From positions 11,532,001 through 11,596,000 of the forward strand of contig NC_090351.1 in NCBI RefSeq assembly GCF_035084215.1: a stretch of DNA of 64,000 nucleotides. Reading direction: 5' to 3'. The translations under genes and the position numbers were made by a program. This document shows positions 1-14,488 of this stretch, one piece after another. The notes beneath the pieces were generated by a model. That model was not told where the DNA came from. It saw nothing but the letters and a program-made list of their open reading frames with translations, and ran no database searches. This DNA is from Heptranchias perlo (lineage: Eukaryota). Numbering within the stretch: position 1 is the first letter of the stretch; every line of letters begins with the position of its first letter.

Positions 1-913
1 TCAAAGACCTTCCCTCCATCAAAAGGTCAGAAATGGAGATGTTCGCTGATGATTGCACAGTGTTCAGTTCCATTCACAACCTCTCAGATAATGAAGCAGT
101 CCGTGCCCGCATGTAGCAAGACCTGGACAACATCCAGGTTTGGGCTGATAAGTGGCAAGTAACATGCGTGCCAGACAAATACCAGATAATGAACATCTCC
201 AACAAGAGGGAGTCTAGCCATCTCCCCTTGACATTCAACAGCATTACCATCACCGAATCCCCCATCAACCTCCTGGGGGGGTCACCATTGACCAGAAACT
301 TAATTGGACCAGCCACAGAAATACTGTGCCTACAAGAGCAGGTCAGAGGCTGGGCATTCTGTGGCGAGTGACTCACCTCCTGACTCCCCAAAGCCTTTCC
401 ACCATCTACAAGGCACAAGTCAGGAGTGTGATGGAATACTCTCCACTTGCCTAGAGGAGTGCAGCTTCAACACCACAAGAAGCTCGACACCATCCAGGAC
501 AAGGCAGCCTGCTTGATTGGCACCCCATTCACCACCATAAACATTCACTCTCTTCACCACCGGCGCACCGCGGCTGTAGTGTGTACCATCCACAGGATGC
601 ACTGCAGCAACTCGCCAAGGCTTCTTCGACAGCTCCTCCCAAACCCGCGACCTCTACCACCTAGAAGGACAAGAGCAGCAGGCACCACCTGCACGTTCCC
701 CTCCAAGTCACATATGAGCCCGACTTGGAAATATATCGCCGTTGGGTCAAAATCTTGGAATTCCCTACCTAACAGCACTGTGGGAGAACCTTCACCACAC
801 TGACTGCAGCGGTTCCAGAAGGTGGCTCACCACCACCTTCTTAAGGGCAATTAGGGATGAACAATAAATGCTGGCCTTGCCAGAGACGCCCACACTCCAT
901 GAACGAATAAAAA
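1..913 (+). mobile_element. 3' part of a non-LTR retrotransposon (CR1/L2-group LINE), RT C-terminus and 3' tail, decayed
   Basis: MFADDC RT motif near 40-57; ORF 447-803 KKLDTIQDKAACLIG...HSLHHRR; ends ...CCATGAACGAATAAAAAA; the same family recurs at 21526 and 62272. Confidence 0.85.
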
Positions 914-2334
914 ACTCAGCTGGTACCTATGTGTTCAAACTAATCAGTCTCCAGAGTATTTCTATATCATTGCACTGTGAAGAAAATTCTTAAATAAAAA
1001 AAGTTACATAAAGTGCTTGCCTGTAGAGTTAATTTCTCTTTAAGCACTTAACTATTCCTATGTGGAACTGCAGGTTCACAGAAGTACGAGAATCCTATCA
1101 CCATGTCATACAGATTTTTGTGAGTTCATACGCACACTGTGTCTCTAAATATTTGGGTGGCATAAAAGATGTGAGAAGCAGCACATAGTTCAATATGGAG
1201 CTCAAGCCACCAATAATCATCAGGTCACCCTGATCAATAACCTCTTCCTTAGCCTAAATGATGTTATGTGGTCAATTAAGACATTTTATTCCCCAAATAA
1301 CATTTTTCTTATATATCTGACAACAAACCTACCTCTGGAAATATTCCAGTCATCTCAAATATTCTAGACTTTATTACTGCGATAAACAGTACAAGGTCTT
1401 AATGATGTTACAATAACAACTTGAATAAAACATGATTTGGGTAGGAACCAAGATCCAATATTCACAGCATCTACATTTTGCTACAAATACTGAAATATTT
1501 GCAAATATTTCAGACATTATAAATACATTTATAGTAGACGTTTCAGACACACATCATGAATACTTACATTTTTATAGTGCATTTAAACGTCAGCTCTTTG
1601 GGAAATGTTTGTGTCAAGGACTCAGTATTGATATGTAATGGATGACTCAAGTCTTAAGTCAGCACATACAGAAAATTAGCATGAAGGAGCTGACTGAATT
1701 ATCCCCCAGCTACATTATTCCAAAAATAACTACAAGTACTACTAAAGGAAGTCAGTGCTGGGGAATAGAATATCCACTTCCTGAACCCAGTGTCAGCATC
1801 AACTGCAGGACGATTAGACACACAACAAAACCACACTACTCTCTCTGAACGAAGTACATTAACTCCAAACACACACTAAACATCAGTGCAATATTTTCCA
1901 TTTCCCACACCACAGCCTGCCGATTATGCCATGAACTCTTGCCAACAAGGAATGGGGTTAAACAGAATAACATATTGCACTTAGGGCTTTTACATACTAG
2001 AGAGGAGAGACTTTCACACTATCCACTTTTTAGATTTCATGAAGAGCCCATAAAATCAGTAGACAGTTTGCTAAACTGCTACATCACCATGTGCAGCCAA
2101 TCACTACTTGCAAGACCGGAATCTCAAGCCATGCTTCAAAGGATTTAACAATGTTAACCGTGGTTCAAAAGCACACAGGCACGCCTGTCTAGGTTAAGGA
2201 GGGCAGCAAGCACCCATGAAACCACACCAGTGGGTCCACCTTCAGGATGGAGGAGGGGGGACAGTCTGGGTCCATACTGTACTAGCCCGAATCCAGAGTA
2301 GAAAAATGTTCCTGCCTAAAAATGTAACTGTGGC

Positions 2335-2590
2335 AGCTCCCCCAGTTTAGCTAGTGAGTAATTGAGCCATTCAGACCTGGGAGGGCCCAGATTCAATTTT
2401 TAGTTTGTGCAGTTAGCTGGTGGAAGGCTGGCTACAATTAGCTTCCTTGCTCTTGTGTTAGGAAGGAAAAAAAATCTCACCGATGTTCCTCGTCCCTGAT
2501 TGCTATCCAGTTACACTGATGGAAGTGTGTGCATGTACACTCATCATGTACACTTATTTACAACACAGGAGGCCAATCAGCCCTAACCAA
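2335..2590 (+). mobile_element. Old tRNA-derived SINE fragment (LF-SINE-like family)
   Basis: Similar to copies near 26670-26880, 28470-28670, 36990-37130(-) and 45240-45390(-) (GTTAGC..ATCTCAGC motif, degenerate B-box). Confidence 0.45.
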
Positions 2591-2592
2591 TA

Positions 2593-3325
2593 TCTTGTAC
2601 AAATTCATAGTCATTGTTTTATTTTTATGTTCAATGCCCTGCAGTATAAAATCCAGACCCATTGCTTTTTTATGGTGTTTCCTATCTGCACTTCCAGCTT
2701 TACAGATCTATGTTTCTGAACCCCAAAATCTCAAATTCCTCTACTCTGTTAAGGATCTCATCCTTTCGGGTAGATTTCCTTTCACTATTCTCTTTCCCAA
2801 ATTCTACTATTTCACATCTTTTTGTATCTGTCCACTTTGCTAACCTGCCTTCTGAATTCTTCAGCATAGTTTGCCATATCCTTTAATTTGCCATCCTCAG
2901 CAAACTGGAAAAAACAGGTCCCAACATAGATCTCTGGGGAACAACACTACCCACATATCGCCAATCCAAAATAAATCTATTCACGTCTATTCTTTGCTTT
3001 ACGTTCCCTAGTCATCCATTTTTGTTTATATTCCTTTTAATACCATGCATCTTAGCTTTCATTATGTGGCATCTTATCAAATACCTTTTGAAAATCCTTA
3101 TAAACAACATCTACTACATTTCCCTTTATCTACACTCGAATTTACTGAAAAAAAATTCAATTAGTCAAGCATGACCTACCTTTTACAAATCAAAGCTGAA
3201 TGTCTCCGATTAGCCCAAGCCTTTCCAACTGTTCACTAATTTCGATCTGTATTATGGACTCTAGAAGTTTACCTACAAATGAAGTAAGACTAACTCATTT
3301 AATTTCCTGGCTTATCCCTTTCTTC
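2593..3325 (-). mobile_element. Decayed CR1 LINE RT fragment
   Basis: Reverse strand resembles DVVYxDFQKxFDKxPH and VPQxSxLGPVF motifs; similar to 7411-8656. Confidence 0.65.
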
Positions 3326-4058
3326 CCGATATCAGGCGAGGATAGGATTGGACTCATCTGTGATGGACACTGCAGCCCACTAGTACTCACTACCGAGGTT
3401 TACTCATGAATAGCAACCACTTAAGCGAGTACAAAAAAGGTGAGCAGCATACATGGAAAAGTACCCAGCCATAAGGGAAGAGGTGAGGTGAGGGACAAAA
3501 GGTGCAAAAAACCTATGTACTGTATCACATTCACATGACAACAATCTTAGCAGTAGACACTTTAATTACTTGGTATCAGTACATTGTTGATGACTCATGT
3601 TTCAAGTCTACACAAACAGGAAGTTAGTGTGAAGAGGTTGGTTGAGTTTTTCCCTAAACTACACTACCATAAATGACAACCAGAAACATTAAATGTATTG
3701 GAGCTATATAGAAGATCTAGGATAATAACCTGTAGCCATGTTTATTGCACATAGGTTTCCAATTTTGCCGAGTCAGACAAAAAGGCAAAGATGCTGCCAC
3801 GCTCTTCTCCATAAGGAGGGGACAAAGGAAAACCATTGCCATACAGAGCCTCTCTCGCATACCTCCAATGCTTAAAAGGCAGCAGAATCTGGAGCTGACA
3901 AGTCACTGACCCACTGTAAAGATCACAGCAACATAACAGAAACCAAAAAAGGTATTTGTACACCGTTCACGTGTTTGTTGGAGGCGATTTATAAAAAGAC
4001 AACAAAAGCAGCTCTGTGTGGTAGCACACTAAAAGAAGCAAACCTCAGAATATATTCA

Positions 4059-4333
4059 ATAGGAACATAGGAACAGGCGTAGGCCATTCAGCCCCTCGTG
4101 CCTGCTCTGCCATTTGATAAGATCATGGCTGATCTGTGATCTAACTCCATATACCTGCCTTTGGCACATATCCCTTAATACCTTTGATTGCCAAAAAGCT
4201 ATCTATCGCACATTTAAATTTAGCAATTGAACTAGCATCAATTGCTGTTTGCAGAAGAGAGTTCCAAACTTCTACCACCCTTTGTTTGTAGAAATGTTTT
4301 CTAATCTCACTCCTGAAAGGTCTGGCTCTAATA
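4059..4333 (-). mobile_element. CR1 LINE 3' end fragment
   Basis: ATAGGAACATAGGAACAGGCGTAGGCCATTCAGCCC tail shared with many copies in the window. Confidence 0.75.
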
Positions 4334-5259
4334 AACCATCAAATTACCCATTCTCCTCTCTGGTCCATTGTCAAAGTGACTGTCGCAGGTCCAGCGGACC
4401 AATGTTAACGGAGTTATGAGCAATTAAAAAGCAGTATTGCAGAGACTATTGAACAGGTTGCATGTCCTCCCTCCTGTTTAAGGCGAGAGCATGACAAAAA
4501 CTACAAGCATATGCTATCAAAGAACTGATTTAAATCAGTTTTGAATTCTGTCAGGAGTTTGAATGAAATGGTATTTTAAAATCATCTTAGTGCATTTAAC
4601 AGGATTTGTTCTAGAATGGGCACCCATGCTAGGAATTTCAGAACAAGCCCATCTCAATTTGTGAAACCAAATTACCACAAAGGTAATCAGGACCTATGTA
4701 TTTTTTCAGTCTATGCATTTATAGAATTAGTAATTGTTTGGGTTTGCTGATAAATATATCAATTATGCATAAAGTAAAGATAGCACCCTCCCAATTCCTC
4801 TGTGTGAGGGTGCAGAGTTTCTTCTGTTCTCCCTCCTTTATGAATGCAAAAGCTTGCCCTTCTGTGTGGTTTAATAAGCAATAATGACCCTCTGGTACCT
4901 TTAAGTGACCATCCTTCATGCCTCACAATGGACAACAAATGCATACCCGGTGAGGAAAAAAGCAGCCTCTGCCATGATGTCCTCACAATTAAATGCTCAC
5001 CAACACTTACTATAAGAATTACAAATCAGAAATGGCCAGTGGTACAAGACATCAATGGAGCACAAACCTGCCATTTAATATAGGACGGGATAGATTTCAA
5101 TCACGACAGCACACAGAATACAATGGGGGGGAAAAAAATCACTAAACTTTATGTTTTATAAAAATATATGAAAAATATATAGATCAGAAACTCAGTAGGT
5201 ATAATTTAGAACAGTCGTTACCAATTAAAATCCAAATTATGTAAAGACAACTTGCTTAT

Positions 5260-5745
5260 ATAGGAACAGGAGTAGGCCATTCAGCCCTTCGAGCCTGTTC
5301 CACCATTCAATTAGATCATGGATGATCTGTATCTTAACTCCATCTACCCGCCTTGGATCCAAAACCCTTAATACCCTTGCCTAACAAAAATCTATCAATC
5401 TCAGTTTTGAAATTTTCAACTGACATAGACAACAGCTTTTTGGGGAAGTGTTCTAGATTTCCACTACCCTTTGTGTGAAGAAGTGCTTCCTAGCATCATC
5501 CCTGAACAGCCTACCTCTAAGATTATGCCCCCTTGTTCCAGACTCTCCCATCAGAGGAAATAGTTTCTCTCTATCTACCCTATCAAATCCTTTAATCATT
5601 TTAAACAAATCAATTAGATCATCCCATAATCTTCTATTTTCAAGGGACTCCAGGCTAGTTTATGCAACCTGTCCTCATAACTTAACCCTTTTAGCCCCAG
5701 TATCATTCTGGTGAATCTGTGCTGCATCCCCTCGAAGGCCAATAA
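5260..5745 (-). mobile_element. CR1 LINE 3' end fragment
   Basis: ORF 5614-5799 contains QHRFTRMILGLKGLSYEDRLHKL; typical CR1 3' tail. Confidence 0.8.
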
Positions 5746-5911
5746 ACGAAGCCTGTTTTTGTGTTCCTCTACTTTTACAAAGAAAAAGTCAACAGGCAAT
5801 TAGGTTGTTCAGACGCTTCCCCCACTTCTAGCGGATCTATATTTCTAACAAACGTATCTGTAGAAATATAGGATGCACAATCTTTTTCATTACTAAAAGG
5901 CTAGCACTCAC

Positions 5912-6005
5912 CTGTGACAGGTCTTGATGGGTGCCTACAATGGTTCTTTTGCGCTTTGGCTGGATTAGTTCTGAAAGGGTCTCCATCGCTGCCACCTGAA
6001 GCCAT
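5912..6005 (-). CDS. BAK1: First coding exon of a probable BAK1 (BCL2 antagonist/killer 1); the gene continues leftward and no further exon was recognised in the window
   Basis: Exon 5912-6041 with TTTTGTAG acceptor, strong Kozak GCACCATGG and AG|GTGAGT donor in phase 1. It encodes MASGGSDGDPFRTNPAKAQKNHCRHPSRPVT, resembling the MASG(N)DGDP N-terminus and phase-1 first coding exon of non-mammalian BAK1 as I recall them. BAK1 and RPS10 are linked on human 6p21.3. No BH domain is visible, so identity is inferred. Confidence 0.62.
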
Positions 6006-7410
6006 GGTGCAACCCAGTTGGCCCAAATGACTGCAGTCAGCCTACAAAATCAAAGTTATAAAAGTCAACACGCAACACAAGGGAATCAAGATTTTTTTTC
6101 CCCCCCCCAAGTCTCCGTTGAAGAGGGCTGAAAAACAAAAATACAAAATTAAAATACCCTTGGCACTGGATATTCCATCTGATATAAGTGCTACTAACAT
6201 TGAAACAGAAAGAGATAATGTGTGTATGTGCAGGATCAGGCTTAGTTGTGAAGCCCATTCCTCCCAACAGATGAATAGACTGCCAACACTCACCATCTAG
6301 GCTCATACAACGAACAGCCACTTGCGATAAGTATTGGAGAGCAACCAACACCCATGGAACTGTTCTCCAGCAAGAAGTTAACAGCTTTACTATAGGAGAA
6401 GGGTGGCAGGACTTTGCAAAACATGTTATACATTACACATACAAATTCACTATGTAAGAGAAATAGCTACAACATACACCATACCACATATGAAGTGTCA
6501 GTGGCAATGTACAACACTTGGTATGAATGAGAGAAGAGCTATCTGTATTCCACTTTGTTACTTAGTCTTCATTATGCATCCCTGCTTACCTCAAGATCTA
6601 CAATTCTCCTGTAGAGGTTTCAAATAATTATGCTGGTCATGAGCCTTATAGGTATAATCAATTTATAGTTTTGTCTGTTGATTATCAATAACAAGACAAA
6701 CATCTCAAACAGCTGCTATAGTCACTTAACCTCTATTTCCAACACAATGTATTTCTGTAAAACCGGTCAAAAATGCCTATCATTTAAATTTGAGTATCAT
6801 TCATATTTCTTCATGTATTTGTTACAACTCAGCACACACACACCCTGCTCAAATCCAAATCTCTGATAAGCTTTGCTATACTATTTATTATACACACATG
6901 GGGTTGGTTACAAAGTGACATAAGGGGTTTAAAAGGCTGACAACTCAAAAAAGTTAAATCTCACGCTGTTAACAACTCAACTAACCCATAGGTACGTTAA
7001 CTGTTTTCTACCACTCCTAGGTATGCACTGAACTCACACATGTAAGAGGCAATGAAGTAAACGAGCATAACTTCATCCATTTGTACAGGCATGATGTTCC
7101 AGGACCATCCGAAAACGAGAAGTGCTAAAAAGTCATTATAGAGATATTAAAAATGCATTAGAAATTTAATAAGGCTTACATAATTAATGGCAGCGTATTA
7201 TTTCTCTAGTCTCAAAAGCAAACAGGTTTTAGACCCATTTTGAGTCCTACACAATTATGTAGTGGTTCTATCATCTACCATCACTCTGCAACACTGGTTT
7301 CTCCTGCCAGTATCCCTTCCCCTTAGAAAATGGTGATAATGACAGAACAGTAGAAAAGTCAAGAACCAAGACAAAGTTATTCAAATCATCTAACCTCATT
7401 ATTGTGGATA

Positions 7411-8656
7411 ACATACAAATTAAGAGCAAGAGTAGGCCATTCAGTCCCTCGAGCCTTCTCTGCCAGTTGATAAGATCATGGTTGATCTGATTGTGACCTC
7501 AACCCTACTTTCCCGTCTACCTACTATAACCTTAGATTCCTGATTAACAAGGGGGTCAATCTAACTCAGCCTTAAAAATATTCAATGACCCTGCCTCTAC
7601 TGCTCTCTGGGGAAGGGAGTTCCACAGACTCACAAACCTCAGAGAAAAAATTTCTCTTCAGCTCAGTCTTAAATGGGAGACCCCTTATTTTTAAACTGTG
7701 GCCCCTAGTTCTAGTCTCTCCCACAAGGGGAAACATCCTCTCAGCATCTACCCCTTCAAGTCCCCTCAGGATCTTACAGGTTTCAATGAGATCACCTTTC
7801 ATTCTTCTAAACTCCATCTACACAGGCCCAACTTGTCCAACCTTTCCTCATAAGATAATCCCTCATCCCAGGAATCAGTTGAGAGAACCTTCTCTGAACT
7901 GCCTCCAATTATGTCCTTTTTTAAATAAGGAGGCCAAAACTGTACACAGTATTCTAGGTGTGGTCTCACCAATGTCCTGTACAACTGTAGCAAAACATCT
8001 CTACTTGTACATTCCGTTCCCCTTGCAATAAATGGCATTTGCCTTCCTAATCACTTGCTGTACCTGCATACTAACTTTTTGTGATTCATGTACTAGGATA
8101 CCCAGATCCCTCTGCAACTCGGAGTTCAGCAATCTCTCTCCATTTAAATAATATACTGTTTTTCTATTCCTCCTGCCTATTTGGACAAGTTCACATTTTC
8201 CCACATTATACTCCATCTGCTAATTTTTTGCCCACTCACTTAACCTATCTATATCCCTTTGCAGACTCCTTATGTCTTCTTCACAACTTACTTTTCTACC
8301 TACCTTTGTGTCATCAGCAAATTTAGCAACCATACATTTGGTCCCTTCATCCAAGTCATGATACAGATTGTAAATAGTTGAGGCCCAAGCACTGATCCCT
8401 GTGGCACTCCACTCATTACATCTTGCCAACCTGAAAATGACCCATTTATGCCTACTCTGTTTCCTGTTAACATGGATAAAGGATTGGTTAGCTAATATGT
8501 TACCCCCTACACCATGAGCTCTTATTTTGTGTAGTAGCCGTTGATGTGGCACCTTGTCAAAAGCCTTCTGGAAATCTAAGTACACCACATCCACAGGATC
8601 CCCTTTTATCCATGTTGCTTGTTACTTCCTCAAAGAACTCTAATAAATTAGTCAAT
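7411..8656 (-). mobile_element. CR1 (HER1-like) LINE, RT to 3' tail, frameshifted
   Basis: ORFs [51 protein letters not shown]; CR1 tail. Confidence 0.9.
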
Positions 8657-10939
8657 ATAAAAATAAATCACTCAAAGAGGAAGAACAACAGCCACTATAA
8701 CAATGCTGTTGAAGGGCATTAGGAGTTGTAACAACCTTTGAATTCAGATGATGTGTACAGACAGCTCAAGATTCTTGTGGTTAGGAGGTCACCAGTATCT
8801 TGTAATTGCATTACAGTATTGAACACAATTATTTGGAGTAGATACAAAACTGCAATGTCGTTCAGGGGTTCAAATAACATTCTAAACCGTAAGACCGAAG
8901 TTCAAGAAGTCGAAGATCGTCATCTGAATCCAGGTACTGCATCATAAGTTTGTAACACATTCCAATACAATTGCTAATGAAACAGACAGCTCTCACTGTA
9001 CCATTGGGGAAGCAGCTTTCCTCCTGGAGGAAAAAACAGCAAAACCAATGTCTACCTCTAGAGGCAAATTCAAGAGCAACACTAGGAACAGGTCATTTAA
9101 TTGTTCTCGCTGCTAACTGGAGCAAGAAAGACAAAAAAACTTTAAGAATTTAACTCTTCCATGCACTTTATCTTATGCAAAGATTTGGCAAACAAAAAAC
9201 CCTAAATTTCCATTTGCTTGCATGGGTACAGGTGCAAAATTGGACTTCTTAAACACAAGCACATTTTTCACCCATTTTCTTTAAATGAGCCATCATTTGC
9301 CAATCCAGGACATGAATAGCCCACTAATCTAAAAAGGAGCTAATTCTCCTTTCTGTTTACACGTTCTCAACCACTCTTCAACACACAAAATTGGCTACAC
9401 TGACAACTATATTGCACATCATGGAAATTCACTTTCATTCGTCATTGCAACTTGCACGTTATCTACTAGGAAAATAACAATTGATATTGTAGATGAATTA
9501 GGCTGACTTTCCATTTGTTAGGTCCCAGTCCACCTCGGGGAAATCCAACAGCCAGTGACAATGCTCTAATGGGACATTCATTACCACAAGTCTCACTTAT
9601 CTATCATCAGATCAGTCACTACATGAATGTCATTTGTTAGCTCAGCATCTTACCCTACAACATTACACAAACCTGCTGTATTTTTAAGGTACAGTTGCTC
9701 AATATGAAACTAGCTCCATCATTTAACAAAAATTACATTTGTCCAAAACAAAGACCCCCAAAAAATGCCTCAACCTCTTGACTTGTGGTGCTTTCAGAGC
9801 AAGCTGCCATAGAAACCAAGATGTATCAATGCACTCTTCCTGCAACCACTGTGCAATAAAACTGTACAATGGCTTCATAAAATATGCATCTTAATGTACT
9901 CACAAAATATAGGTGAGCATAAACTTGAGAACTCAATATAAAAATAATATTTTTTATTAACTCTGGAAATGAATGTATTTTACAAATTCAAAGATCTTCA
10001 GGACACAGAAGTCTTCACAAAAAGATATTTGGGTATTTTTAAAATATAGTAAAATAGATAGCTTCTGAGTACATTAGAAACCTGAAGGGATTAAGGGATT
10101 TGAAGAAAGTCACAATCATGGATCATTAAGAATGAGCCAACTTTATGAACCATTCAAGTAAGATTGCATTGCAGCTCTCTAATATTACCCAAGACAACGA
10201 TTATTATTTTAATACATATAATACTAGCCCCCCACCTCCTTCCTCCATTTTGCCTTCAGAATAGAAGCCATTTATAACTTTTACTTTTTCCCACATCTTG
10301 CTTTACTGCGTCTCAAAGTAATACTACTTTTTTTTTAATTACTTGGAGCATCAACTCTTCTTACTTCCCTGTACTCCTTTTGCACAAATCTCAACAATTA
10401 TGGACATCCTTACCCTCTTTCACTAACTAACACCTGCTGTCAAAAAGAGATCCAAACAGTGGACTTGGAACATTGGGAAGTTGCTACTTGCATACTTACA
10501 AAGATTGATATGCACACTTGGATCAAACTCCCTAGTCATTAAACTAGTAATCAATTAGTACCAAACTAAGGAGCAAAGTCTCATTCTAAAGCACTTACAA
10601 AATTCTGTTTGACATGAGGAAATTATAATTTCTAGGAGTATAAAAATATTACATAAGCCATTTTGAAATTTATACAAGGAAATGGCAACAAATATTGATT
10701 TTGAGTGGTATTAATCCAGCCTCTTGACACCACAGAAGTTTATGCATGGACCTGGAAAATAAGGATGCAACACCAGCCACACATTTGATTTTGATCTGCC
10801 CAAGTATACACACTTACTGACATGCAATAAAAACTTTAAAGTACAATGTCCCACAGTACTTTGCAGAGAAATAAGAGAACGAACACCAGGCTATGGGAAA
10901 GAGGTTAGGAGAGGTGACTGAAGTCTAGGTTGAAAAGAT

Positions 10940-11098
10940 AAAGAACATAAGAAATAGGAACAGGAGTAGGCCAATCGGCCCCTCGAGCCTGCTTCGCCAT
11001 TCAATAAGATCATGGCTAATCTGATCCTAACCTCAAATCTAAATTCATGTCCAATTTCCTGCCTGCTCCCCGTAACCCCTAATTCCCTTTACTTCTAG
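10940..11098 (-). mobile_element. CR1 LINE 3' tail fragment
   Basis: AAGAACATAAGAAATAGGAACAGGAGTAGGCC terminus. Confidence 0.75.
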
Positions 11099-11427
11099 AT
11101 GGGCTTCGAGAACAATTTTAAAATGTAGGAGTGGAGAGGCAAAGGGGTTTAAAGAGGTGGTTCCAGAGAAAATGGTTCAGGTAATTGAAAGCTCTATCAC
11201 CCATAATGGGGCGAAAGGAGAGATTTGCACGTAAGGCCAGCAGAGTGTGAAAGGGGATGTATGGCTGGAGGAGGTTGTTGAAGTAGGGAGAAATAAGACC
11301 AAGAAATGAAAACAAGGATTTTAAATTGGATATGTACAAGGAATCAGTGTAGGTGATTGTAGGCAATGGAGGAGGAGGTTAGGCTTTGGGGCAGCTGCAC
11401 CCTCGACAATTTGGAGTTTATGGAGGG

Positions 11428-11660
11428 AGGTGGTAGTGTGGTGGTAATGGCAGTGTGCTCGCAAATTCAAATCCCACCGTCTCAAGTTATGAAACTGAAT
11501 TCAATAGATCTTGTAAGTTATGGGCTGGCACCACAAAAAAAACTCACCAAAGTTGGATTGTAGTAAAACCTAACTGGTTCACTAATGTCTCTCAGGGAAG
11601 TGAACTTACTACCCCTCACTGGTCAGGCCTACATGCAATACTAGGTATACACTAGGCCAT
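11428..11660 (+). mobile_element. Degenerate tRNA-derived SINE (same family as 25984-26399)
   Basis: Shares GGATTGT.GTAAAA.C..CTGGTTCACTAATGTC...GGCCTACATG with the reverse complement of 25984-26399. Confidence 0.6.
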
Positions 11661-12079
11661 GGCAATGCCTCAAACTTACACAGAAGTACAAAATTTGTGT
11701 TGTAGTCAAAATGATATTCAATGTAAATCCAGTTCGACATCCCTCCAAGTGAAGTATTACAGTTATAATGAACATTCCAAGAGATTTAGAATCCATTAAC
11801 AGAAATCAACTGAAAAGCCCAATTGCAAAGTAAAAATACCATTGCGATATACAATCACAGGTGAAAAAGTTATCTCCCAGTCCCTTTTGATATAAAGTTT
11901 TATCAAATTTCCTGGGTTACAATGTTGCTCTTCTACCATAAAACCTATTTCATAGTGCAAGCACCGACTAGTCAGAGCCTATTGCTCACACCCCGTTACT
12001 CAAACATTACCAAGCCTGTTTGTGTGATACCAATACTAGAAATGAAGGTACGATTATTGTTCCCCATTAAATTCGTTCA

Positions 12080-12460
12080 CTTGAACCGGCGGCTGTACCT
12101 GTCCCAGTTTTCAGTCTCTGTCTGTCTGTTTGCCGGCCGGCTGGCCGGCGAGCCAACCAAGTCGACTCTCTAGGTTGCCGCTCAGCTTCGCCCGCCCCGG
12201 AGCCGCGTCTTTTGCCCAGTGGTCTGGAATTGAAAGAACGAAAGCAGCTTTTAAACAGTGATCGTAGGCCGGAGACAGCAGTCACCCGCTTGTGGGTCCC
12301 GGTTTGTGTCCCCAGGCCCGGCTTCGTCTCCTCTCAGCTGCCACCTCGCACCCCGACCGTATCAAATGCGCCCATTGGCCCTCGGCCAGACCCTCAACCG
12401 CTAATCATGAGCGCCCGTGATTGGCTCCTCTCCACGCCTCCGCCTACAACTGCATTCTGA
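12080..12460 (-). promoter_or_regulatory. CpG-island promoter and probable non-coding first exon of the BAK1-like gene
   Basis: CpG-rich in an AT-rich background; two minus-strand CCAAT boxes (ATTGG near 12374 and 12420); candidate minus-strand donors near 12098 (CAG|GTACAG) and 12285 (G|GTGACT). Confidence 0.6.
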
Positions 12461-13379
12461 TTCGCTCCTAGCAGAAAATAGGCAAAAACAAAAGGACAAA
12501 AAAAGAAAGCTGTACATGCAGGAGGCTGCTTCCTGGTAAATGCCAGGAGTAAATAAAAGCGCTCATGAGGAAACGCAATCATTAACAAACCAATGGCCGC
12601 CGAAAAATATAATTAAAAAAAAGAAAACCAAACCCGCAAGATGAAAGTCTTAATATAAAAGTTCCAACAAATGGCAGACCATTCTGCCTTGGCCGAGAAC
12701 TGAATCAACTCAAAAACTGTTCAATTGAGTGATAAAATCCTATTAAGAAAATGTCCATATAAACAAAGGTCACTGCCCTTATTTAGCTTATCACTCATTT
12801 TGTAATTACTACTCAATGTTCAGTCAACATAAACATTGCATAAAAAAGATATAACTTGTTGCATTTATAGTACTTTCAACATTCCAAGAGGGTGTATACA
12901 CGCACCTTGCAAGTGTCACATATACTTCCTGAATTACTTTTCCCATCATGCCGATACAATATCAATTCATACTTACCATATACAGCCCCCACCACTTACA
13001 CTATTTTTACTTACACCATCCCTGTTTATCCCAGACACACACCGATATCGGGCAAATGGCTCTAGCCATTTTCCATTACCATAGGCATTAATTACAAAAG
13101 CGCCATGTAAACCGTATTAAGCGGGCCAGCTATTTCAGGCAGTTCAGCAGATGTTTGCACCTCGTTATAGTGCGATTACCTGTCATTAGGTCTTGTGGCA
13201 GTTGTATTATTGCATTTGCCTGCTGTCACATTTGATCTATTCCCCAAATAGAAAGCATTGCAAGAGAAAGCAACAGGCGTGTTTAAAGGGGCAATCTTCC
13301 CTTCATTCTTGGTAATTAGGTTTGATAATGATTCTGCACACAAGACTATTGAACTTTTAATGACCAATTTATCTCAGAG

Positions 13380-13830
13380 AAATCAAGAGGCTTAACAGGT
13401 TAGATTATGAGGACAGATTGCATAAACTTGGTTTGTATTCCCTGGAGTTCATATGGTTGAGGGTGATCTAATCAAGGTGTTTAAAATGATAAATGGATCG
13501 CTACAGTAGATACAGAGAAACTATTTCCTCTCGTGGAGGATTCCAAAACAAGAGGGCACAATCTTAAAATTCAGGAGCCATTCAGGAGTGAAATCAGGAA
13601 GCACTTTTTCCACACAAAGGGTAGTGGAATCTGGAACTCTTTCCCTTAAAAGACTGTGGATACTGGGTCAATTGAAATTTTCAAGACTGAGATTGATAGA
13701 TTTTTGTTAGATGAAAGTATCAACGGAGCAAAGGAGGGTAAATGGAGTTGAGGTACAGATCAGCCATTGTCTAATTGAATGGCGGAAAAGGCTCGAGGAC
13801 TGAATGGCCTACTCCTGATCCCATATTCCC
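13380..13830 (+). mobile_element. CR1 LINE 3' fragment
   Basis: Reverse-complement similarity to 5260-5745; ends GAATGGCCTACTCCTGATCCCATATTCC. Confidence 0.75.
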
Positions 13831-14049
13831 AAGTCAGCATGCTAGTTCGCAACATTTCTACAATTAATATTTTTTGGATATGAAAAAATGTGATTTTTGT
13901 AAAAAATCCTTTCATTTCTATATCTGTGCATCAGTTACACAGGTTACTGGAAATGCCACTTTGGCCATTTCTCTGCAACTCTTGCAGATTATAATGCTTT
14001 TACTAAGTTTTGTTTTAAAAAAAGTTTCTTTCTCCCCAAATTTAGAATT

Positions 14050-14075
14050 AAGATAGATAGATAGATAGATAGATA
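14050..14075. repeat. (GATA)n microsatellite
   Basis: About 6 AGAT units. Confidence 0.9.
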
Positions 14076-14488
14076 TAGTATTTACAACTTCCAGTAAACT
14101 CCAAAACGTCAGAAGGTGGTGTTAAGTCCAAGCGCACCAGGAGATACACGGCAGAGGCAGCTTGAATCACCGCCTGCCAGCTACAGGTTGACTGGCTGCA
14201 CATTCTGACAGTACAACTGCTGATTCTGCATTGGTGCAAACTATCTGGTCACTGATACTCTTATGCAGTTCAGAGACAGATAGGGCAAAGTCAGGTGCAT
14301 GTTACAAACCCTTAGCTTAGTGAAGTCAGAAGATAGTAACCTTAAAAACAAGAGTCAGCTGCAAAATGCCATCAGCAGCATAGTCCACAAAATTTTACAA
14401 TGGTATAGTATGGGGCAATTTTCAGATGTACAATAATTTTACCACCTGGTTGTTGCTAAGCAGACAACTTTGGTATTACCACTAGACT

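Noticed and set aside
3742-3963. Candidate next exon of the BAK1-like gene
   Set aside because: No similarity to the expected EEVFRSY/BH3 sequence; the next exon is probably outside the window
8660-9200. Coding-looking stretch with short ORFs
   Set aside because: No recognisable motif or splice-bounded exon on either strand
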